Part shown: positions 9,019 through 16,892 of the stretch, in pieces
Layout of the letters: the number at the start of each line of letters is the position of its first letter
Position numbering within the stretch: the stretch's first letter is position 1
Notes under the pieces: model-generated
Database searches by the model: none
What the model was told of the DNA's origin: nothing
Seen by the model: the letters and a program-made list of their open reading frames with translations, nothing else
Translations under genes and position numbers: made by a program
Source of the DNA: a virus
Lineage: Duplodnaviria; Caudoviricetes
IMG/VR virus record: IMGVR_UViG_3300017700_000348
Span: 1 to 58,868 of that record
Length of the DNA stretch: 58,868 nucleotides
Direction: 5' to 3' (one strand)

Positions 9019-10976
9019 TGGCTGACTTCAGCATTGATGATATTTTAGCTGGCATTGGTGAAAAATCTAAACCTTCTCAGGGTTTGGACATTGACGCTAT
9101 TTTAAAAGGCTTTGAGCCTTCTACTAGTTATAGTGGATCAGAGAAAGTTGAAGGAAAGCCAACTAAGGTTATTATCAATACTGATCCTAAGCCGCCTATC
9201 TCTGGAATTTCTAAAGAAGCTTCTGACGAATTAAATCAGACTAGAGCTGAGCGCTTTGGTGGTGAAAATCCTAGGCGCAGTTTGCCCACAACTAATATTG
9301 TTGAAAACATTGCTAAAGATTACAAAGCTGGAAAGGAAATGGCAGGAAGCGGTATTGAAGATATTGCTTCTAATAAGCCTGCTAGTGGAGTTGGTAAGAC
9401 TGCGCTAGGTGTGTTTCAGATGGGCACTGCTCCTATTTCTGGAGTTATCGAAGGAGGCATATCTACTCCTGTTACTGATATTACTGGTAATAAATCTATT
9501 GGTAATAAAGCTGGTATAGTGGCTGGCACTGCTATTCCTGTTGTTCCCGGTGGAGCAGCAGTAGTCAAAGCTATGCCTAAGAATAAGATGCTTTCTAGAT
9601 TGGTAGAGGACATTGGGCCTGAAAATCTTCCTGCTGCTGTAGCTGCTTTAAAATCCAATCCTCGTTTAGTGCCTGCTGATCTGTCTCCTAAAGTATTGCA
9701 AAGCACTCAAGAACTATTTGCTAATGGTGGTCAGCCTGTAAATTATTTAAAAGCTGCTTCTGATGCTCGTATGGCAACATCTAAGGATAGCATTAATACT
9801 GCTTTTGATGCTTCTATGGGAGCTACTGTTAACGCAGCTAAGAAAATTGATGATTTAAAGAAGGCTGCTCAGGATATCGGTAAGAAAAACATTGAGCCTG
9901 TTTTAGCTGCTAAGCCTCATACTGATATTACAAGCCTTATTAAAGATATTGATACGGCTATCGGGCATCCGGCCATGAAAGCAATTAAGGAAGGTAAGGC
10001 TCCCCCTTTGCCTTTAACTCCTTATCAGCGTGAATTGCTAGATGTTAGAAATAAGCTTCGCAGCACTGATTGGCCTGATCGTCCTCAAATGTTTGCCTAC
10101 ACTGATCAATTGCACGATGCTCAGATTGCATTGCGTGAAAGCGCTCAAGCACTAAGCAAAAGCGCTACTGGATCAGAGCGGCATACAGGAAAGCAGTTAT
10201 TAGACTTTCGCGAAAAGATGAAAGATGCTGTTGGCAAAGAATATAAGGAAGCATTAGGTAAGTACGCAGGGCAGAAGAAAATTGAAGAAGCTTTTCATTA
10301 TGGTCACGATAAAATTTTAAAGAATAGCGTGAACGATTTAGAAAATGATCCGTCATTTTTTAAAAAATGGGTTGACAGCTCCTCACGTAAGCCGGGAGAA
10401 TTAGAAGCAGCTAGAGAAGGAGCTAGGTTGCGAATTAATGCTGAGATTAATGGTACACGCTCTGCTGCTACCAATCCGGCTAGTAGAGGCACTGCCATTG
10501 GACAGAATGATTTCAATGCTCAGCGTTTAGAAATTTTGCTTGGGAAAGAAGAAGCTGAAAAGCTTTTAACTAAACTTGAGCATACTCGCATGGAAGCTAA
10601 TACTCATAGTAAAATTTTTGAGGGTAGTCAAACAGCTATGCGTACTGACACTAAAGGGACTTGGAAACGTCCTGAAACAGCAGAACTAAATAATATGGCA
10701 CCTTACGCGGCTGAAGCATTGGGCGCGTATACAACTGGTGTACCGGCAATCGGAGCATTAGCTTATCAAGGCTTAAAAGGCGCGGCCGCTGTAACTAATA
10801 AAATTAAAACAGCAATAGCTAAAGAAAATGAGGCTCAGTACGCTAAGTATGCTTTTCCAACTGAAGGTCCTAGCCGTGACGCTTTAATCGCTGCGCTTGA
10901 GGCTCAAATTCCCGGTCCTAAGCAATCTCTGTTGACTAGAGGGGCTGGCACTCTTTCTAGGCTTGTAGGTCCATAA
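9018..10976 (+). CDS. large DNA ejection protein (gp16 position)
   Basis: 652 aa, helical, last gene before the tail fibre. Confidence 0.6.
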   Translation: MADFSIDDILAGIGEKSKPSQGLDIDAILKGFEPSTSYSGSEKVEGKPTKVIINTDPKPPISGISKEASDELNQTRAERFGGENPRRSLPTTNIVENIAKDYKAGKEMAGSGIEDIASNKPASGVGKTALGVFQMGTAPISGVIEGGISTPVTDITGNKSIGNKAGIVAGTAIPVVPGGAAVVKAMPKNKMLSRLVEDIGPENLPAAVAALKSNPRLVPADLSPKVLQSTQELFANGGQPVNYLKAASDARMATSKDSINTAFDASMGATVNAAKKIDDLKKAAQDIGKKNIEPVLAAKPHTDITSLIKDIDTAIGHPAMKAIKEGKAPPLPLTPYQRELLDVRNKLRSTDWPDRPQMFAYTDQLHDAQIALRESAQALSKSATGSERHTGKQLLDFREKMKDAVGKEYKEALGKYAGQKKIEEAFHYGHDKILKNSVNDLENDPSFFKKWVDSSSRKPGELEAAREGARLRINAEINGTRSAATNPASRGTAIGQNDFNAQRLEILLGKEEAEKLLTKLEHTRMEANTHSKIFEGSQTAMRTDTKGTWKRPETAELNNMAPYAAEALGAYTTGVPAIGALAYQGLKGAAAVTNKIKTAIAKENEAQYAKYAFPTEGPSRDALIAALEAQIPGPKQSLLTRGAGTLSRLVGP

Positions 10977-11097
10977 TTTAAATTGTAGGACGATAGGGTC
11001 TAGACAGCTCCATTTGAAGTAGGCCAAGATTATTAGTAGTGTGGGCATCCAAATTAATCTGCGAAATTTAAAAATTACCGTTAGCAGGAAAAGTAAA

Positions 11098-13950
11098 ATG
11101 AAAACGTCCATTTTTAAAACTTTCTTATTGTCTTTGTGCATTGTTGCTAACACACATTTAGCTTACGCGCAAACGGCAAGCATTCTTCCTCCTGCCAAAA
11201 CACAATATTTGGATAATAATGGAAAGCCTCTTACTTCAGGTAAAGTATTTAATTACATTCCGTCTACCACAACTTTTAAAACTACATGGCAGGACGCAGC
11301 CGAAACCATTCCGAATACTAATCCAGTTATTTTAGATGCTGGAGGTAGAGCTAAGATATTAGGAGATGGCTCATATCGGCAAATTGTAAAAGATAGATAT
11401 GATAATGTTATTTGGGATGCAGTTACATCTTCCACTGGTACTAGCAGTGGAGGCTCTACTGCTACTGGAGACGGAGATTTAGTAGGGACAATTAAACCTT
11501 GGGCCGGGACAACTGCTCCTAATCAATATGCATTTACTTATGGTCAGGAGGTTTCTAGAACTACTTATGCTATTTTATTCACAGCTATTACTTCTTCTCA
11601 GTCTACATTTTGTAATTCTGGCAGTCCAACTCTTAGTGGATTAAGCGACACTACTAATTTTTGGATAGGCATGAGCTTAGAAATTTCTTGTGTTGCTGCT
11701 GGATTTTCTACTGTAGCTTCTAAAACTTCTACTACTGTCACAATGGCTGCTAACGCTAACGTAACTACCAATACTACTGCTATATTCTTTCCTTGGGGAA
11801 GGGGGAATGGCACTACTACCTTTAATTTACCAGATTTTAGAGGTTTTGCTATAGCTGGTAATAATAATATGGGTGGTGTTGCCAGCTCAATATTAACTAC
11901 AACTTATTTTGGAGCAACTAATCCTAACTCTATTGGCGCATCTGGAGGAAATCAAAGCACTACGCTGTTGCCTGCTAATTTACCTCCTCATACTCACACT
12001 TCTTCTACTCTGACTGATCCCGGTCATACTCATACTTTAAATGGCTCTGTCTTAGTAGCTGGAGCTACAATAGGTGGAGGAGCTTTAATATCCAATACTA
12101 CTGGAACAGCTCAATCTAGCACTACTGGTATAACTATTTCAGCAAATACTGGTACTAATGCTTCTGGTACGTCAGACGCTTTTTCTAGAGTATCCCCTTA
12201 TAAAACTTCAAATTATATTATTAAAATAACTCCAGATGCTAATTCCGCTACTGCTAGTGGTGTTACCAGTATTCAAGGTATGACTGGTGATATTGCTTGC
12301 GGTACAGGATTAACTTGTACCGGAAACATTATTAGCGCTAATGTAACTACTGCTAACCCTACCTCCAATATAACTTTAACAACTATAAATGGAGTAGCTA
12401 GTACAGCTATGCGCTCTGATGCTGCACCGGCACTTAGTCAGGCTATTTCACCAACATGGACAGGCAATCACACTTTTACTCCATCTAGTGGTTTTGCTAC
12501 TGTTACAAATGGGAAAAGCCAAGTTTACAATACTTTTGCAAGTGCTGTTCCTGACGCCATAACTGGAGCAGGAGTGTATTTTGAAACGCAAAGTGGCGGC
12601 GCTGGCTTAACCGGGACTGGCCCAATTAGTGGCGGATACTCCAGCATCATTGAGGGTACGGCTGGCAGTCTTGCTGTTATTGATAAAATTGGTTGGATTG
12701 GATCATGCTTAATTATAGTAAATGACGCTGCTGGTGGTGGCTGCTACGGTTTAAATAGCACCGCTATAGTTACTGGCACTGGTGCAATCAATCGTTTAGT
12801 TGGCCATGAAGCTGATATGGAGATTAGAGCTGGCGGATCAGCTAATTATCGCTACGCTTATTCAGCAGTTAATGCTAGTGTTGGACAAGCTACTATCTTT
12901 GATGCTGCTTATATGGCTGGAAATTTTACAGCAATAAGCGGCGCATTTAAATGCTTACTGTGTTTGACTAATTCTTTAGGTTTTGCTCCTATTGATCCTA
13001 CTGGAAAAATATTTGGCTCCGATACGGCATACACTATTGATACTGTTCTTGATGTTAGTAATGCTACTATAACATCGTGGCTTTGGAACCATACCAACAG
13101 CAAAATGTCAGGTAATGGTGAATTTACTTCTGTTGATGTTAAGGTAACTGGTGGTCCAGCTACGATTACTACTGGACAAGGAACTATTGGAGCAAGTGCT
13201 AACTCTGGTTTGATTTTTAAAGGCCATGGTGCTATTCAGGATATGCAATGGATAAACAATTTAGGAGGAACTGTTTGTGTCGTCGCAACTGGAACTACTA
13301 CACTAAATTGTAATACTATAACTATTGCTAATGCTCTTGGGGTTGCTAGTGGAGGGTTAGGTACAACCTCTGGAACTTCAGGAGGAGTGCCTTATTATTC
13401 GAGCGCTACTACAACCGCTTCTTCCGCACTTCTTACTAATAACGCATTAATGACAGGTGGAGGAGCAGCCGCTGCTCCTAAGGTTCTAGGTTCATTAGGA
13501 ACAACTACGACTGTTCTACATGGAAATGCTGCTGGCCCTCCTACGTTTGGCGCTGTTGATTTGACTGCGGATGTAACAGGCATATTACCAATAGCTAATG
13601 GTGGTATGGGTAATGCCGCTTGGACTTCATTCACTCCGACATTTACTTGCGGAACTGGAGTTTTTACTACTGCCTCAGCAACTAGAATGACAGTTGGCAA
13701 AACAACTTTTATTCAATTTGATACAACTCTGTCTACATTAGGCTCTTGTACTACCCCATTTACATTTACTCTACCTACTACTCCGCAATCAGGAGGAGCC
13801 TTAATGGGGCTTGAGGCAACTAACACTAGCTCTGCTATTTCTTGTCAGCTTACAGCAGCAAGCGCAACAGCCACATGCCGAAAGAATGGAAATGTAGCTG
13901 CTGCTGTTAACGATAGGCATTTAGTTACAGCAGTGTATACTAACCAATAA
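11098..13950 (+). CDS. tail fibre/spike with N-terminal signal peptide, virion-binding domain, tail-collar domain and Thr/Gly-rich shaft
   Basis: AGGA RBS before ATG 11098; MKTSIFKTFLLSLCIVANTHLAYA|Q; NGKPL..GKV..Y...TT...NTNPVILD..GRA domain; collar motifs VSRTTYA.LF and G.G.TTFNLPD.RG; H.H motifs. Confidence 0.85.
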   Translation: MKTSIFKTFLLSLCIVANTHLAYAQTASILPPAKTQYLDNNGKPLTSGKVFNYIPSTTTFKTTWQDAAETIPNTNPVILDAGGRAKILGDGSYRQIVKDRYDNVIWDAVTSSTGTSSGGSTATGDGDLVGTIKPWAGTTAPNQYAFTYGQEVSRTTYAILFTAITSSQSTFCNSGSPTLSGLSDTTNFWIGMSLEISCVAAGFSTVASKTSTTVTMAANANVTTNTTAIFFPWGRGNGTTTFNLPDFRGFAIAGNNNMGGVASSILTTTYFGATNPNSIGASGGNQSTTLLPANLPPHTHTSSTLTDPGHTHTLNGSVLVAGATIGGGALISNTTGTAQSSTTGITISANTGTNASGTSDAFSRVSPYKTSNYIIKITPDANSATASGVTSIQGMTGDIACGTGLTCTGNIISANVTTANPTSNITLTTINGVASTAMRSDAAPALSQAISPTWTGNHTFTPSSGFATVTNGKSQVYNTFASAVPDAITGAGVYFETQSGGAGLTGTGPISGGYSSIIEGTAGSLAVIDKIGWIGSCLIIVNDAAGGGCYGLNSTAIVTGTGAINRLVGHEADMEIRAGGSANYRYAYSAVNASVGQATIFDAAYMAGNFTAISGAFKCLLCLTNSLGFAPIDPTGKIFGSDTAYTIDTVLDVSNATITSWLWNHTNSKMSGNGEFTSVDVKVTGGPATITTGQGTIGASANSGLIFKGHGAIQDMQWINNLGGTVCVVATGTTTLNCNTITIANALGVASGGLGTTSGTSGGVPYYSSATTTASSALLTNNALMTGGGAAAAPKVLGSLGTTTTVLHGNAAGPPTFGAVDLTADVTGILPIANGGMGNAAWTSFTPTFTCGTGVFTTASATRMTVGKTTFIQFDTTLSTLGSCTTPFTFTLPTTPQSGGALMGLEATNTSSAISCQLTAASATATCRKNGNVAAAVNDRHLVTAVYTNQ

Positions 13951-13961
13951 AAGGAAATTAA

Positions 13962-14507
13962 ATGATTGACCGTAAGAAATTCTTTGATGGAGTTAGACAG
14001 CAACCTTTCTATGGTAAGCTGACTAAAGGTCAAGTTCAAGGTATGTCAGCTATCCTAGACGAATGGGAAAGGCGTAAGCTGACTGATTTGCGATGGCTTG
14101 CCTACATGCTTGGTACAGTCAAATGGGAGACTGACCATACTATGCAGCCTATCCAAGAAGGAGGAGGTATTAAATATTTAAAATCTAAAAAATACTATCC
14201 TTGGTATGGTCGCGGATATGTGCAGCTCACTTGGGAGAAAAATTATCAGCGTTTTCAAATTAGAGTTTTAAAATTATTCGATAAAGATATTATTGCTGAT
14301 CCAGATTTGGCAATGGAGCCGGATGTTGCAGCCTTCATTATGTTTGAAGGTATGATTAGAGGTGAATTTACTGGTAAAAAATTATCAGACTATTTTAATG
14401 ATACCAAAACAGATTGGCTTAACGCTCGCAGGATTATTAACGGAACTGATCGAATGGCAGAAATCGCCGCGATATCCAAACAATTTTATGCTGACTTGAT
14501 GCTTTAA
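13962..14507 (+). CDS. endolysin, GH19/lysozyme-like
   Basis: LAYML.T..WET..TMQPI.E, YGRGYVQLTW..NY and ARRIING.D motifs. Confidence 0.85.
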   Translation: MIDRKKFFDGVRQQPFYGKLTKGQVQGMSAILDEWERRKLTDLRWLAYMLGTVKWETDHTMQPIQEGGGIKYLKSKKYYPWYGRGYVQLTWEKNYQRFQIRVLKLFDKDIIADPDLAMEPDVAAFIMFEGMIRGEFTGKKLSDYFNDTKTDWLNARRIINGTDRMAEIAAISKQFYADLML

Positions 14508-14562
14508 GCTTGTAGTTCCATTTAAAATATTTTACAGCCTTTGATAGAAAGGAAATTTTAAG

Positions 14563-15009
14563 ATGGCATTTTCAGTAGAAACTATTGGTAGATTGTGGGC
14601 ATCAGGCCGCAATTACGCAAATTTAGGTATGGGTTTTGCTGCTGGCATTGGTGTTCTGTCAGCAGCTCAAAATCAGGGCATTAATGATGCACTAACTCAA
14701 ATCTACAATGGCGTTTCGCAGGTTGTCACTGGAGCAACTTCACTTTGGCAGATTGTAGCTGTAGTAGCTGCTCCTATTATTGGTCCTTTACTAGCTCGAA
14801 TGGCCAGCAAGTCTGCTAAGACTGATAGTCAAGCCGCTGCTGTTACCGCTGCTATTAAGGATACCGCCACTCCTATTTCTGCTGAAGTCAAAGCTTCAGT
14901 ATTAGAAAGCGTAGTCAATATTGAGGAAGTTAAGACTCCTGTAATTAGAGTTGCTGATCCTGTTTTAGCTAACATGGTCCCTTCTGATAAAGTGGTAGCA
15001 ATTAAATGA
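14563..15009 (+). CDS. membrane protein of the lysis cassette (holin-like)
   Basis: Two hydrophobic segments; follows the endolysin. Confidence 0.5.
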   Translation: MAFSVETIGRLWASGRNYANLGMGFAAGIGVLSAAQNQGINDALTQIYNGVSQVVTGATSLWQIVAVVAAPIIGPLLARMASKSAKTDSQAAAVTAAIKDTATPISAEVKASVLESVVNIEEVKTPVIRVADPVLANMVPSDKVVAIK

Positions 15010-15443
15010 AAAAGCTTATAGCAATTGTATTAGCGTTAGCTCTTACAGGTTGCGTAGGAGAATTTGGCACTCGCATTACAGATAGCATTTCAACGGTTAA
15101 AGATACTGTTGCTGCTGTTGCTAAATTTACTATTACTCAGGGTCAGCTTGATACAGCTCGCACTAGCTATAATGGAACAGTGTTAGCTTCATTGCGTCGT
15201 TATGCTCTCCTGCCGCGCTGTAAGACAGGCCAAAGCTTAACCATCAATAATCCTTGTCATGATAGGCTCATGCTAGTGAAAATTCGTAATGCCGATAAGG
15301 TTGTAGGACAAGGATTTAAGGATACTCAAGCTAGACTTGATGCTGGTGATGATAGTGGAGCTGTTCTAGCTTACGATACTCTTAAAATTGCAATTGATAC
15401 TGCTAAGGCTCTTATTGCTAAAAGTGGAGTTGAAGTATTATGA
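15006..15443 (+). CDS. lipoprotein (spanin-like)
   Basis: MKKLIAIVLALALTG|C lipobox. Confidence 0.7.
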   Translation: MKKLIAIVLALALTGCVGEFGTRITDSISTVKDTVAAVAKFTITQGQLDTARTSYNGTVLASLRRYALLPRCKTGQSLTINNPCHDRLMLVKIRNADKVVGQGFKDTQARLDAGDDSGAVLAYDTLKIAIDTAKALIAKSGVEVL

Positions 15444-15658
15444 TTAGCATAGCTTCAATTAAATTAGCGTTATCTTTAGCTATGACTGCTTATCAATTAG
15501 GTAAGGACGCAGCCCCTTACATTAAACTCGCATACGAAATTCAGTTTAAAAATAAAGTTTTGACGGCTGAAGAACGTAAAGCGATGGAGGATCAGGAACA
15601 ATCTTGGCGCTCAGAGATTGACGAAATCATAGCCAAAGATGCAGCGGCTACTGATTAA
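15440..15658 (+). CDS. small lysis-cassette protein
   Basis: ATGA-coupled to the upstream gene; amphipathic N-terminus. Confidence 0.55.
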   Translation: MISIASIKLALSLAMTAYQLGKDAAPYIKLAYEIQFKNKVLTAEERKAMEDQEQSWRSEIDEIIAKDAAATD

Positions 15659-15709
15659 AATTTAAAAAACTGATCCAAATTGACCAAGGCTAGGGAGCAT
15701 TTTTCTATT

Positions 15710-15985
15710 ATGGATCAGGAAGTATTAAAACTTGGAATTGCTGGTATCGTATGCGCTATTTTAATATGGGAACTTCTTAAGTCTGAAAAACGAGAAGAAA
15801 AAAAAGACATTCGCATTCAGATGCTAGAAAATCAATTACGTGAAAGCTATGACGAAAGAGTATCGGCAGCAGATAGAATAGGTGATGCTCTACATGGCCA
15901 TGCTTTAGCTTCTAATAATGCGGCTATAGCTCTACAGCACTTAACTTCAGAAGTTAAAGAATTAAAAGGCCGAAACAATGGATAA
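15710..15985 (+). CDS. single-TM plus coiled-coil protein (holin or i-spanin candidate)
   Basis: LGIAGIVCAILIW segment followed by a coiled coil; GGGAG RBS. Confidence 0.55.
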   Translation: MDQEVLKLGIAGIVCAILIWELLKSEKREEKKDIRIQMLENQLRESYDERVSAADRIGDALHGHALASNNAAIALQHLTSEVKELKGRNNG

Positions 15986-16205
15986 GATATTAAACCAGTT
16001 CCGTAGAGTATACGCTGATAATGGTTCTGGTGATGTAGACTTTACCCAAGATGAAAAACGGCTAAGGGAAGCTCAGGAGCGTTTGGCTCAAGCGACACAA
16101 GAGCTTGTGCGGTCCTCAGAGCGCTTGAACGCAGCGGCCATGAACGCCTATCCTCCCGAGGAGCAGCAGCTAGGTGAGGAGCCAGCTCCTACGCAGCTCC
16201 ATTAG
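15978..16205 (+). CDS. hypothetical coiled-coil protein
   Basis: Overlapping start; last gene of the late operon. Confidence 0.55.
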   Translation: MDKILNQFRRVYADNGSGDVDFTQDEKRLREAQERLAQATQELVRSSERLNAAAMNAYPPEEQQLGEEPAPTQLH

Positions 16206-16266
16206 CAGGGACAGGGGTAGCGTTCGTTATTCCCGGCTCCCGGCTCTGAGACAGCGGCAAAAACGA

Positions 16267-16290
16267 AAGGCCCCTAGAAGGGGCTTATTT
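16267..16290. terminator. terminator at the convergence of the late and replication arms
   Basis: GCCCCT-AGA-AGGGGC hairpin with A/T flanks. Confidence 0.5.
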
Positions 16291-16443
16291 CGCGTCTGGA
16301 GGGGCATCCGTATTTTACCGGATTTGAAAACAGGTTCCGTAGATACTATGCTTAAATCTATGTCTGGTAGCCAACATAGATGGTTCCCCATTGCTTGCCT
16401 TAGCCTAGCTGGAGGAAGCTTTTTAGCATTGATTAAATTTGTT

Positions 16444-16629
16444 TCAATGCTTCTTTAGCTTCTGTTTAGCTTGCCAAGCTCGTATATGCGGCAATTTCCT
16501 TGCGTTATCGCAAGCTTTGCAGATGGTTCTTACCATTAATGTTCTTAAATAGCTAAAATCCTGCCCACACTTACGGCAAGTGCTGATTTGGGGGACTGGT
16601 TTACGGATTATGCGGGGCATTATAATCAT
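16444..16629 (-). CDS. small Zn-ribbon protein
   Basis: CRKC...CKAC; basic; AGGA upstream. Confidence 0.5.
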   Translation of the reverse strand: MIIMPRIIRKPVPQISTCRKCGQDFSYLRTLMVRTICKACDNARKLPHIRAWQAKQKLKKH

Positions 16630-16640
16630 CCTAATAGAAG

Positions 16641-16664
16641 TAAGGCCCCAATTAAGGGGCCTTA
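16641..16664. terminator. hairpin terminator
   Basis: TAAGGCCCC-AATTAA-GGGGCCTTA. Confidence 0.7.
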
Positions 16665-16717
16665 AAGTTTTGCTAGGGCATTTAAGCAGAGTGCCTTACC
16701 TTCTGTTTTTGTTAGCC

Positions 16718-16828
16718 TTATTTTGATACTGCAATTTTTATTTGATTTAGTTCTTTTTCAGTAAGTTTAACAGGAGAAGCGCCTTTAAGTACCTTAGCGA
16801 ATAGCTTTAACATTTGATTGGTCGTCAT
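16718..16828 (-). CDS. 36-aa cassette peptide (MTTNQMLKLFAKV...)
   Basis: GGAG RBS; flanked by a motif promoter (16855-16883) and a terminator. Confidence 0.5.
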   Translation of the reverse strand: MTTNQMLKLFAKVLKGASPVKLTEKELNQIKIAVSK

Positions 16829-16854
16829 AGAAAATCTCCATTTGCTGACAATCC

Positions 16855-16883
16855 CTTTCTATACGGTATTATTAATTAGTCAA
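16855..16883 (-). promoter_or_regulatory. repeated phage promoter TTGAC-N12-CCGT-ATAGAAA
   Basis: Motif copy. Confidence 0.7.
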
Positions 16884-16892
16884 CACTTATTT

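Noticed and set aside
11041-11097. GTG start extending the tail fibre upstream of the signal peptide
   Set aside because: No RBS at 11041, whereas AGGA precedes ATG 11098.
372-13700. Many short opposite-strand or out-of-frame ORFs inside long structural genes
   Set aside because: Shadow ORFs without RBS or motifs, fully overlapping well-supported genes.
16174-16458. 94-aa plus-strand ORF after the lysis cassette
   Set aside because: It runs through a terminator hairpin, overlaps neighbours at both ends and has no recognisable features.
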